A stretch of DNA of 64,000 nucleotides from Macrostomum lignano (taxonomy: Eukaryota), in the NCBI GenBank assembly GCA_002269645.1, contig NIVC01001064.1:1-64000 (forward strand), given 5' to 3'. The notes beneath the pieces are model-generated. The model did no database searches, had not been told where the DNA came from, and saw only the letters and a list, made by a program, of their open reading frames with translations. The position numbers and the translations under genes were made by a program. Each line of letters begins with the position of its first letter. Within the stretch, counting starts at the first letter, position 1. Positions 14,546 to 26,574 of this stretch are shown piece by piece.

Positions 14546-15479
14546 CTAAAATCTGAAGTCATACTCAAACAAAAACTTGTCTTTCGAAAACATGTATCGT
14601 CAAAATCTCTGGCCTGCTGTCTCTCTATGTCCCTCATATCCTTTGAAACTTCTATCTTCTCTTTTGTTTCCTCTCTCTCTCTTCTCTCTCTCTCTCTCTC
14701 TTCTCTTCTTTCCTATCTCCTCTCTCCCATCTCTCTCGTCGATCTTCCCTCACCTCTCTTCTCTTTCATCTTTGCTCTCTCTTCTCATTTATCTCTGGTC
14801 TCCACTCTCTCCCCTTAGGAAAGAAGGAAAGATAGGAAAGATAGATAGCAAACATAGGAAAGAAGCCTATGTTTGAAAAAGTGCCCGACTTGTACCAGCT
14901 GAGGCCAGCTAGAAGGCAACGCGGGAGAGATATTGTTGTAGAATATCCAATCGAGAATATGCCCACCCACCTTCTGGTGGATAGGGGCAGTGCGCTGTCT
15001 TTGCTAAGAGCCAAAAACTATTCTAAAAAAATCACTGGAAGGAGCGTGGAGGAGTTAGTCTCCCGTTCGACCCCCGCTGAGTGGCAGAATGGTAGTCAGC
15101 CGTGATTGCTTAATCCCCTCCCAATTAGCGTATTGAAAGTTTGCTCGTGTTGCCCCGTTGGATACCGCTTTTCGCTTATTTACGTGCGCTTTCCATTATA
15201 TTCAAACTATGTTGTGACTCCGTGCTCATGTGGCGATGTTTAAATATTTAGGATTTGAGCTCGAACTTTGAGCTCAAATTTAAGCTCGTACGGTATGTGT
15301 TTATTCCCTATAAGTCAATAATATCTTGGAAACCGGAAAAATTTCTATGGGTCTGCCCCGCAGGAGGTCCTGCCCCGCTGTTTAAAATTTTGTAGGAACA
15401 ATGGAAGTCTGGGACTGTTGAAATTAGCACATTTCAGTTTGATTTCTCGTGTTTGTTCGCACCTCGTAGGTCAGTGCGA

Positions 15480-16025
15480 AATTCTCAATTCTCTCTCCTC
15501 TATCATCTCGACCCTCTCTCCTATTATTTATTTCCTGTCTTATCTCCTCTCTCTCATCTCTCATCTGTACTCTCCTTTAACATCTCTCCTCTTTTTTTCC
15601 CAACTCTCCCAACTCTTCTCTCAACTTTCTCCCCTTTACTCTTTCACCTCCCCTCTCTACTCTCTCCTCCCTCTCATCTCTCCTGCTCTCCCATATCTCT
15701 TCTCCTTTCTACTTTCTCCCTTCTCCATTCTTCTATTTCCTCTCATCTCTTCATCTCTCCTCTTCATCCCTTCCCCTCTCTTCCTGTCCTCTCGATTCTC
15801 CCCCTTTATTCTCCTTTCTCCTTCACTCCACTTCTCTTCCATTGTCTCTCATGTCTGCTCTCACATATTTCTCTTCTCTCTCCACTCGTCTCTATAATCT
15901 CTTCCCTCTCCTCTCTCCTCTGTTCTAGCTCTACTGTCGCATTTCTCGTCTCTGCTTTCTCATCTCTCCTTTCTCCTCTTTCATCTCTCCTATGAGAGAT
16001 AGAGATATCCTCTTCTCTCTTCTGT
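15480..16025. repeat. CT-rich low-complexity tract
   Basis: Direct reading. Confidence 0.9.
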
Positions 16026-17137
16026 TTGTATCAGACTTGTATCTGTACATGTATTTAGAGGTTCGGCTTATTTTGACGAGATTTCAGAATTGTCAGACTT
16101 TGATTGAAGCCTTGCGTTTCTTGGGTATCAGTACTTGCTGAAAAATACATGCATCTCATATCTGTGCAAATTTGCCGCAGTGCATAAAGAGTACAAATGA
16201 TATTTACATAAATAAATCTGAGGCTTCATGCTAAGTGCTGCATGCAAAGTCACTATATTGAGTTATTTATTTACGAGCCAAATTGTTATCATGGTTACCA
16301 ACCATAGCAGTTGGCTAAAAATGTTAAAACTGAAAAAAGATTGCAACGAAAAATAACGATATGGCTGATTTTGAGGTGAGCTGTTTTATATAGATAGATT
16401 TTTATCTCCACGCAAGCCAGTCATTTATTTAGACTGTATTTATGACTTCCAATCGTATCGTATCAGTATAGGCCAAGATTGAAAAAAAAGTTGCTCTAGG
16501 GTTGGCTTGAGTGTAACGATCCGTGAGGCATCACCACCACTAGGGGAGCAGTGTGAGGACTGTTTGACCATAAATATTAACTCTTTGCTCATTCAAGCTT
16601 GAATTGACAGCAACCCCGCCTACCTTTTGTATTCAACTTAAACAACAGAATACGGCTCGTATGTAAACTCAATACAAGTGGAAATAAAAAAAACTGCATC
16701 AGTTGCCACCCATTCACGATATTTCATATTATTTCTAGATACCAACGGATTGACAGCAGTTTGTAGCAATGAATAAATTGTTTTTCTATGAAATCTTTCA
16801 TCAGGCCTGTTCTCCGAACGTGGGTGCAAAAGGTATCTCATATCTGCATTTTAATAGCTCGTATACGTAGCTCATATAATATCATGCATAATGATGGGGA
16901 TGATGGGGATGATGATGAATTACGGAGGCAGAAGTGCACTGAGTCACACATACATGCAGTGACTAGCCCAAGTAAAGGCTGCTTGCTCTGTAAGTGCGAC
17001 GCAATGAACCCCCCATCCCAAATTTGAGCGTAAAACAAAGTGTAATATCTGGCAAGAAATGTGCACGGTGATTCTTAAATATGCTCCAGGGCTATATTGG
17101 GTGCAGCAACTAGGTAAGTGCGGATTTTTTGGCTTTT

Positions 17138-17891
17138 TTAACTCGTTATGATCTGAAATGGCAATAAGGTACGTGTGGCATGGATAGATGACAACATGCC
17201 CTTTGCTCCCTCCTTTACGTCCTTTGCTGCCTTTCTCTTCTGAGCTGGCCGATCAACTGGATCGCACGTGTGCGGAGCAAGGGCTTCTATGGTTCCATCA
17301 GCACGGCGGACTGCGGAGCCATGACAGTGCAGTGATAAACGCTTAGTGCAGCGATAGTACGTGTTGCCATTTCGCCGCGTTTTTTCATCCATCAGATGGC
17401 CAAGGTCTCGTTGGTCTTTTCCGTGACTGCATCCTGCACCTGTAAGAATCTCAAAGGGCTGGGGAGGTGGGCTGCGGGGCGGTGCAAGCTCTGCTGGAGG
17501 AATTTGAATGGATTCTTCCAGAGCTGGATCAGGGTCATTGAAATCTGGATACTGGTAAAGAAAATTTTCTGCTTGTGCCAGAATCAGATGCACTGGTTCT
17601 GGATTTTCAGCAGGCAGAGGAACAGCCGCTGGTCCAGAATTCGGGGCTTGTACATGTACCACTGCAGCATCTGCAGCTTGAGACACTGCTAAGTTACCTG
17701 TAGGAGCCTGTCTATTGCATTGATTGCAAAGCCAGAAAAACTCACCGACATTTCTCATTGCAGAATACTGATCGATTGTGACGCGACTATCACATGCGGT
17801 GCTGCCAATTCAAGCATTGAGAACACTCAATTGCTTCTTGTCCATCGCAAACTGGCTGCAGACAGACCACACATGGATATACGCCTGCCAT
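17138..17891 (-). pseudogene. PHD finger + FLYWCH-type zinc finger gene with a frameshift; probably a Mutator-like transposon remnant
   Basis: ATG at 17891 gives MAGVYPCVVCLQPVCDGQEAIECSQCLNWQHRM then TGA TAG. Restoring 2 nt (ATG[TG]TGAT) joins it to CDSRVTIDQYSAMRNVGEFFWLCNQC, completing a C4HC3 PHD finger, and to ORF 17138-17758 with KTRRNGNTYYRCTKRLSLHCHGSA...HTC (FLYWCH/MULE N-terminal-like). No catalytic DDE domain visible. Confidence 0.7.
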
Positions 17892-20370
17892 TTTGTATCT
17901 AAGTGCTTAGACTGCTGTCAGTGAATGAGACAGATGAATTTTGAACAGGGCATGAAATTTACCCAGTTTTTATCCCTTTAAACAAGTAAATTAGTCTCGA
18001 CCAATAAGAGAAATGGAAAAAAGCTACACCAGATTTTATATGAAGAAGAGATTTGTTTAATGCGAAATACGTTTAAACCTCTTAGGGCCCTACTATAAGT
18101 AGGAAATTAAGACTCGTAACCATTTTTGTCTTTAGCCCTGCAATATGTTAATAAAATCTTGACTGCCTGTCTAAACCCCCCCCCCATTGCAACCCCACAT
18201 CTCCCCACCCGAAGCTATCCAATAGTAAACCAGCTGTCATTTTTCGTGACCCCCACCTCAGCTGTGGCCATCTTGGTGTGTGGCCATCTTGGTCTTACAC
18301 CTTAGCAATAAAGCTATGAAGTATATATTAGTGCAAAGAGTAGTATTTGTGGCAAAAAAGCATTTTTACCATTTAGTACTACTTTTTTTAATGAATATAG
18401 ATTTATCTCAAGTTTTGAATGAATATTTTGGTAGAAATTTTGTACAAAGTACAAAGTTCATATAGTTTCTCTGTATATTTCTTGTAGTGCTGTGCAGTGC
18501 AATGAATTAAAATTCATCATATTTTCAAAGGTTATGCTACAAAATGTTGTAAAGCTTAAATTTAAAGTTTAAAATCACAGTTCAAATAAAAGCTAAATTA
18601 TGCAAGATCAATTATGTCTTTAAAGTTTGTAAACAAACTATAATAATTTTTAACAATTGATGTAAAAACCAATCAGACAAAGTTATATCCATCCTTTCAG
18701 TCATGAATCTGACATTCTAACTACTGCACTAGGCAGATAGAGGCATTTAATAACAAATTGTAATTTTCTATTCTATAAGTTTGCTTGTAAAGATAGGCCT
18801 ATTTATATTTAAATGACATACTGTATATTGTATAATCATTTTTAGTATTGCAATATTGCATTTGGCAATTTTGTTATGCACCCTTGGCCTTTGATCAATC
18901 TGTAGCAAATATATATTTATCAATATATTTTTTGTTTTATTAGATCCCTACAGTTTAGATAGATACACAACTTAGTTTTAGTATAGTAGATTGTAATATC
19001 TTCTCACTTGCTTATAGTTTTTGTCAGTTTATCAAAAATAGAAAAATATTTATAGAAAAGATATTCATTTGATTAATGGCTATTAGAGTAATAAATTGAG
19101 CATATTTTAGATTCAAGTATATATACTTTATTCAATTTTTTTATTACATTCTTTCTTGGCTTGCCACAAGGGGGGGCACTGATAGAAGAAGAGTCATGTA
19201 AAAAAGAAAAGAAGCACTATGTATACATAAAAGTCATGTCAAAGTTAAAATATTCATTTGGGAATTGCAACGATGTCAAGGCTTGGAGGGAATTGTTATA
19301 AGTACTGTGATTATTAAAGAAGAAATCACTAAAATGTCAAGGCTTAGGAAAAAAGAATTGCTGAGATTTCAAGGCTTTTATAGGTTGGGTTAAAGTTAGG
19401 TTTAGGTCAGGTTTGGGTTGAGGATTAGATTTTAGCGGGTTTCAAGGTCATACATGCGCAACCTCCAAAATTCGGTCGGCCGTGCGACTTAGTTTTAACA
19501 AAAATGCGAAAAAACCCTAAAGCAAAATTAACGCAACTTTGGGTAAACGGCAGGAGTAACTTATTAAGCCAAAATGCCTCGTCAGCTACTTAGTACTACT
19601 ACTTGGGTGTTATTTTGGGTGGGCATTTTTGCGACTTCCTTGGTTGGCCGCCAAATCGGTTGGCCAGATTGGCCGACTTGGCCGACTGTTGCGCATGTAT
19701 GTTCAAGGTTAACAGGGGATTTTTTATATTTCAAAGGTTTATGGGAGGCATTGCTGACATGTCAAGGCTCACGGGGGTATAAATGAGATATCAAGGCTAA
19801 AGTCAGAAGCACATGTAGTTTATTGAAAACTTTTTATTACATTATTTGTTGGCTCTTCACGGGAGGGATCGCTGATAGAAAAAGTGTAATGTAAAAAAAT
19901 AAAAGAAGCTTCATGTCAAAGTTAAGAGATTCATTTGGGAATCCATACGATGTCAAGGCTTGCAGGGAATTGCTATAATGCTGTAGTGCTATAATTACTC
20001 TCGGAGAGTATTACTGAAATGTCAATGGTTTAGGGTTAGGATTAGGGTTAGGCTAGGGTTAGAAAGTAGACAGATTTTTTAAGATTTCAAGGCTTATGGG
20101 GGCATCGCTGAGATGTCAAGGGGGGAGTTGATATGTTAAGGCTTGTGGGGGGAATTGCTGACATGTCAAGGCTTACAAGGGACTGCTGGGGTAAAATGCA
20201 AAGAGACACTACATGTAGTTTATTAAAACAACTTGTACTGCATTTTTTTGGCTTCCCAATGGGGGGCGCTGATTGCTAGTTGGTATCTATCTACTTCCTT
20301 GCATCATATGATTCATAGTCATTTAAAAAAGATACATAATCTCAATTTCAGTGAAAAGTAATTAAATACT

Positions 20371-23300
20371 ATGGCTGCTTATCCTCCACAACATCCTGCT
20401 GGGGCTCCATTGTAAGTTGTTTGTCACCCCTTGACTATGAATCAATACCAAGTAGATGACTGAATTTAAATCGAATTATTGCTGGTTTCTAATCAATATA
20501 TTTTCTGCCTCCTAGGCCTCAAAGTGGCGGGCACCCTAATGAAGCCTCAAGCTCAGGTTATCAGCCCAACAGGCAGCTGCAGCAAACGCGGGCCCAGGTA
20601 GATGAGGTAAAGCTTCGATTCAAAATTTTTTAAACCATTTGTAGAAAATATCGTATTTGAAAAAGATTTCTTATTTATTGCTGATTTCTTATATTCTGGG
20701 GTCATGATTTCTCATGTCCTCAATTCATGATCTTTGATTCCTAAAGTCATGATTTCTCATATCCTGAAGTCATGATTTCTCATATCCTGAAGTCATGATT
20801 TCTCATGTCCTGAAGTCATGATTTCTCATATCCTGAAGTCATGATTTCTCATATCCTGAAGTCATGATTTCTCATATCCTGAAGTCATGATTTCTCATGT
20901 CCTGAAGTCATGATTTCTCATATCCTGAAGTCATGATTTCTCATGTCCTGAACCCATGATTTCTCATATCCTGAAGTCATGATTTCTCATGTCCTGAAGT
21001 CATGATTTCTCATATCCTGAAGTCATGATTTCTCATATCCTGAACCCATGATTTCTCATATCCTGAAGTCATGATTTCTCATATCCTGAAGTCATGATTT
21101 CTCATATCCTGAAATCATGATTTCTCATGTCCTGGGGTCATGATTTGTTATTTCCTGGGGTCATAAGCTCTCATGTCCTGAATTCATGATTTTCGTGTCT
21201 TTAATTCATGATTTATTATGTCCTTGGGTCATAGCTCTCGTGTCCTGAATTCAGGATTTATCATGTCCTTGGGTCATGATTTCTTATGCCCGCGATTTTG
21301 ATTTCTCATATCCTGGGATCATGATTTCTGATATCCTAGTGTTATTAGTTCTCATGCCCTAGTGTAATTTGTTTATTAGTGACACTCGAGCACCTTCACC
21401 CCAACACCTGGGCCGCAGGTTGTGGACATTATGCGACTCAATGTGGAGAAAGTGCTCGATCGAGACGCCAAAATTTCGAGCTTGGACGATCGGGCCGGTG
21501 AGTGGGCGAGTTTTTTTTATCTATTCGTAGCATTCACGTGTGTGCCAAATTAACATAGTTAGTATATGGGTATTGCGAAAATTACTGTAGGATATTTAGA
21601 TCTGTAATTGACCACTGCGTTTTGTAAAGCATTTATGTTGTGGATGTTTGTTTAGATTCTTATATCTGGAAAAATTGATGTTGTTTGACCCAACTTTATA
21701 ACTTGTGCCTTATCGATCCTATTAAAGCCTGACCCTAATTGACCCCTTCACCTGACCCTAATTGACCCCTTTGCCTGACCCTAATTGACCCCTTTACCTG
21801 GCCCTAATTGGTCCCTTTACCTGACCCTAATTGACCCCTTTACCTGACCCTAATTGACCCCTTTACCTGACCCTAATTGACCCCTTCACCTGACCCTAAT
21901 TGACCCCTTCACCTGACCCTAATTGACCCCTTTACCTGACCCTAATTGACCCCTTTACCTGGCCCTAATTGGTCCCTTTACCTGACCCTAATTGACCCCT
22001 TTACCTGGCCCTAATTGACCCCTTTACCTGACCCTAATTGACCCCTTTACCTGGCCCTAATTGGTCCCTTTACCTGACCCTAATTGACCCCTTTACCTGG
22101 CCCTAATTGGTCCCTTTACCTGACCCTAATTGGTCCCTTTACCTGACCCTAATTGGTCCCTTTACCTAACCCTAGTTGACCCCTTTACCTGACCCTAATT
22201 GACCCCTTTACCCAACCCTAATTGACCCCTTTACCTGCCCTTAATTAATCTCAATTCATACTGGCTTCCGAAGTTCCGAATTCGAACCCCCAACCTCGCC
22301 TCCCTGCTGCCCATCTCGCAGCCGAGCTGTCCATTGGCTCTCAGCAGTTCGTGGCCACAACAACGCGAATTCAGCGGAAATACTTTTGGCAGAATGTCAA
22401 GGTAAAACAGCTGCGCTCTTAGTCTTTACCCAATAATCCAATTACCTGTTTACTTGCGTTCCTCAGTTTAGTCTGTCAATTGGTTATTAGATACTGTATT
22501 AGCACATAGACTGGTTACCCTTGCTTAATCAGATTAATCCCAATCCTGGCATAAAGGATTCCTCAATTTTTGTTTTTTTGTTGTTTTTTCCGTTCCGTAC
22601 TCTGTCTGTTGAGCCATAGTCAGGCTTTAATCTTCTTGTTGCTTTCATTTGAGCTCACATTGGCATCTGACTCATTTCAGATGATGATCATCATTGGAGT
22701 GATTGTGGCCATTCTCATCATAATTATTATTGGTGAGGTTTTGCAAATGAATTGTTGGCTGTGGGAGAGGCCCAATCAGAAGGTGGGGCAGGTGATAACC
22801 AATCAGAAGACAGGGGCAGGTAATGGCCAATCAGAAGGTGGGAGCAGGTGACGGCCAATTAGGAGACGGGGTGATGGCCAATCAGGAGAGGGGAGTGATG
22901 GCCAATCAGGAGACGGGGGTGATGGCCAATTAAAAGACAGGGACAGGTGATAGCCAATCAAGACACAGGGGGCAGGTGACGGCCAATCAATACACAGGGG
23001 GCAGGTGACGGCCAATTAGGAGACGGGGGGCAGGTGATGGCCAATCAGGAGACGGGGGGCAGGTGATGGCCAATCAGGAGACGGGGTGCAGGTAATGGCC
23101 AATCAGGAGATGGGGGGCAGGTGACGGCCAATCAAGACACAGGGGGCAGGTGACGGCCAATCAGGAGATGGGGGGCAGGTGACGGCCAATCAAGACACAG
23201 GGGGCAGGTGACGGCCAATCAGGAGATGGGGGGCAGGTGACGGCCAATCAAGACACAGGGGGCAGGTGACGGCCAATCAGGAGACGGGGGGCAGGTGATG

Positions 23301-23787
23301 GCCAATCAAGACACAGGGGGCAGGTGACGGCCAATCAGGAGATGGGGGGCAGGTGACGGCCAATCAAGACACAGGGGGCAGGTGACGGCCAATCAGGAGA
23401 CGGGGGGCAGGTGATGGCCAATCAGGAGATGGGGGCAGGTGATGGCCAATCAGGACACAGGGGGCAGGTGATGGCCAATTAGGACACAAGGGGCAGGTGA
23501 TGGCCAATCAGCAGACGGGGGGCAGGTGATGGCCAATCAGCAGACGGGGGGCAGGTGATGGCCAATCAGGACACAGGGAGCAGGTGATGGCCAATCAGCA
23601 GACGGGGGGCAGGTGATGGCCAATCAGGAGACGTGGGGTGATGGCTAATCACCTCAGTCAATCATGAGAATGGCCAATCAGGTGAAAAATATTTTGTACC
23701 ATTTACAAGTTAAGGTATCGATTAATTTTTTAAATGTAACGGTTTACATTTCAAACCAAATTTTCAGTTGCCATTGCAAATAAATGA
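20371..23787 (+). CDS. VAMP: Synaptobrevin/VAMP family R-SNARE (~120 aa)
   Basis: Exons 20371-20411, 20516-20606, 21419-21497, 22322-22401, 22681-22732, 23768-23787, all GT-AG and in phase. Product [120 protein letters not shown]; SNARE motif with zero-layer Arg and C-terminal TM helix. Last exon is the least certain. Confidence 0.9.
20700..21360. repeat. 23 bp minisatellite (CATGATTTCTCATATCCTGAAGT) in VAMP intron 2
   Basis: Period 23 measured (20821/20844); decays toward the 3' end. Confidence 0.95.
21726..22240. repeat. 23 bp minisatellite (CCTGACCCTAATTGACCCCTTTA) in VAMP intron 3
   Basis: Period 23 measured (21841/21864). Confidence 0.95.
22770..23680. repeat. 28-29 bp minisatellite (GGCCAATCAGGAGACGGGGGGCAGGTGAT) in VAMP intron 5
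   Basis: About 30 copies, each with GGCCAATCA. Confidence 0.95.
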
Positions 23788-24099
23788 CAGCCGAATGAAT
23801 GAGTGCTAGGATTTGGTCAACGAATGCGCTGGAGATCTGTTTAGTTCGATCTTATGCAAACTTGCTGGCGACCAGTTCAAATTTTATAAACATATTTTTT
23901 GTGTACATAGCATAGTGCTTCCGCCGAAACTAAATATTGTCTTCCGGAACCCGGATTTAAAAAATTCCTACTTAGCGGCCAAATATTTTCTTATAGATAT
24001 TTTTGTTAGTTTGAGTGTTTTGTTTAATTCAGTTGTTTCACTGATTTTTATTTCATTCTGCTGACCGCTTTTCCTGCGCTATTGCTGTCGCTGCTGAGG

Positions 24100-24335
24100 G
24101 ATGAGAGCGGGGAGACGAGAGAGAGGAGATGAGAGAGAGGAGATGAGAGTAAGAAGATGAGAGAGATGTGATAGGAGATAAGAGAGGGGAGATGAGAGAG
24201 AGGAGATGAGTGTAAGAAGATGAGAGAGAAGATGTGATAGGAGATAAGAGAGGGGAGATGAGAGAGAGGAGATGAAAGTAAGAAGATGAGAGAGAAGATG
24301 TGATAGGAGATAAGAGAGGGGAGATGAGAGAGAAA
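24100..24335. repeat. GA-rich low-complexity tract with ~60 bp internal duplications
   Basis: Direct reading. Confidence 0.8.
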
Positions 24336-25304
24336 GAGGCACCAACACTGAAAACCATTTTTGCTGTGTCCGTTTATTCTAGCCTAAATTTTCGGTCTAG
24401 CCTACTGATAATAACGCGCAGCGGAACTGCTTGGAAAATTTTCAGATTCTTTACAAGAATACTATTACAGAATGATATCCAGTCCCTCGTGTCAGCATTG
24501 TCTCAGTGGCAATCAGTGTTGGCACTGGAATATGAAAATTTATATTTTTATTTCTGCATCGGCCAAGTCTCGAAAATAGTTTTTATATCTGGATTTATTT
24601 ATAAATTATTTCAATGAATCGCAGTTGCTTCTGGCAGAAATTACAGCTGAACTTCGTGTTTTATTCGTATTGTTTTACTGCAAAGTCTCATCAGTTAAGC
24701 CTTTTACTATACATATCGGCACTTGCCAGTAATAAGCTGGTGCAGTGGTACCTCTTCCTCCCTCTGACCCTGTCCTGCATATCTAAGTATGCTTTTATGT
24801 CTGTCTTCCAATAATTTTATCGCCCAAATAATAGTTTTAAATTGCGCTTGACAAAGTTGTTTACGCAACATATCGGCTCTAGTGTCCCATAGGCAGAGTG
24901 CCATCAAACATTGACAGGCAATTTATCTATTTCTGTCTGCACGTTGAGTCTCACCTACATGCCAGTTGCTTAAATGTACTTTTCGTTAGTCAGTGCAGAT
25001 GATACGTATTTATGGAAATATGTTTATAAATAAAAAGTGCCTAAAAATTAATTTATTAGCTTTTGTTAAAGCCTTTAAATAATTTTTTTGCTTTAAACCA
25101 TTCATTGTCCTGTATTAATCAGTCCGTTATTAAGTCTTTATTTAAAAATTGAGTCGTTCAGACTTTCTACCTCAATTTTTCACCAGTAAAGTCTGTCAAA
25201 ATCTCACCATTATAGGCTCAAAATCTCACTATTTGAGTCTCTATCAAAATCTCACCATTATAGGCTCAAAATCTCACTATTTGAGTCTCTATCAAAATCT
25301 CAAC

Positions 25305-25617
25305 CACACCTGAAGGTCACACCTGAAGGTCACACTTGAAGGTCACACCTGAAGGTCACACCTGAAGGTCACACCTGAAGGTCACACCTGAAGGTCACAC
25401 CTGAAGGTCACACCTGAAGGTCACACCTGAAGGTCACACCTGAAGATCACACTTGAAGATCACACCTGAAGGTCACACCTGAAGGTCACACCTGAAGGTC
25501 ACACCTGAAGGTCACACCTGAAGGTCACACCTGAAGATCACACTTGAAGATCACACCTGAAGGTCACACCTGAAGGTCACACCTGAAGATCACACCTTAA
25601 GGTCACACCTGAAGGTC
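25305..25617. repeat. 13 bp minisatellite (CACACCTGAAGGT) immediately upstream of TP53RK
   Basis: About 24 near-identical copies. Confidence 0.95.
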
Positions 25618-25705
25618 AAGGCCACACCTTAATCTGTCATTGCTGCTCTATCAGCAATAAAAAAGCAAATCTACTAAATTAAAGAAGTTTCTTGCCGACC
25701 CAGCC

Positions 25706-26085
25706 ATGGCCTCCGGGGACCTCGCTGGCCCAGCCGGCCTCTCCGGTCTCCGCCTGCTGCAGCAGGGCGCCGAGGCGCGCCTGTACGCCGCCGAGTTCTA
25801 CGGCCGCCCTGCCATCGTCAAGGAGCGGTTCGCCAAGCGGTACCGCCACCCGCAGCTGGACGACCACCTGGCCAAGGAGCGGACCAAGAGCGAGGCCAAG
25901 AGCCTCCTGCGCTGCCGCCGGGCCGGCATCCGCGTGCCAGCCGTGTTCCACCTGGACCTCGGCAGCCGGCGCCTCTGCCTGGAGCTGATCGAAGGCGGCC
26001 TCACCGTGCGCGACTTCGTCAACAGGACGATCGGCTGCCCGTCTGTCAGCGCCAGGGATGCCGCGCTGGCTCGGGTGAGACCGGC

Positions 26086-26162
<77 letters not shown>

Positions 26163-26574
26163 GACCATGCAGGAGAGCCCCATCCAAAAGCCATCCCTCC
26201 AACCCGCACCGCAGCTGAGCCTCCAGCTCGGCCAGACCCTGGCCAGCATGCACGCGGCGAATATCGTCCACGGCGACCTGACCACCTCCAACATGCTGCT
26301 TACCCCGGCGCCCGATAGCGGTGCTGAGCTTCCCGACTGGAACAGCCTGGCGATGATCGACTTCGGCCTGTCCTTCGTGTCCGCCGATGTCGAGGACAAG
26401 GCCGTGGACCTGTACGTGCTGGAGCGCGCCTTCATCAGCTCGCATCCCAACACAGAGGCGCAGTTTGCCGCGGTGCTGGACACCTACAGGCGGCTGAGCA
26501 AGCAGGGCAAGATTGTGCTCAGGAAGCTGGATGAGGTGCGAGCCAGGGGCCGGAAGCGGCTCATGATTGGCTGA
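25706..26574 (+). CDS. TP53RK: TP53-regulating kinase / Bud32 (KEOPS complex atypical kinase), 242 aa
   Basis: Exons 25706-26074 and 26215-26574 (intron gtgaga...ccgcag). Motifs QGAEA, IVKERF.KRYRHP, HGDLTTSNM, IDFGL, EDKAVDLYVLERAF and C-terminal RARGRKRLMIG, all typical of Bud32/PRPK. Confidence 0.95.
26086..26164. repeat. (GTCT)n microsatellite in the TP53RK intron
   Basis: Direct reading. Confidence 0.97.

Noticed and set aside
13496-16025. Ser/Leu-rich ORFs (also at 43443-44416, 47905-48410 and 52472-53308)
   Set aside because: CT-rich low-complexity DNA lacks stop codons by composition
16511-18300. Possible element ends GTGTAA...TTACAC around the PHD-FLYWCH gene, and an 18 bp inverted match between ~13143 and ~18260
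   Set aside because: Only 6 bp of terminal match and no exact TSD; too weak to define boundaries
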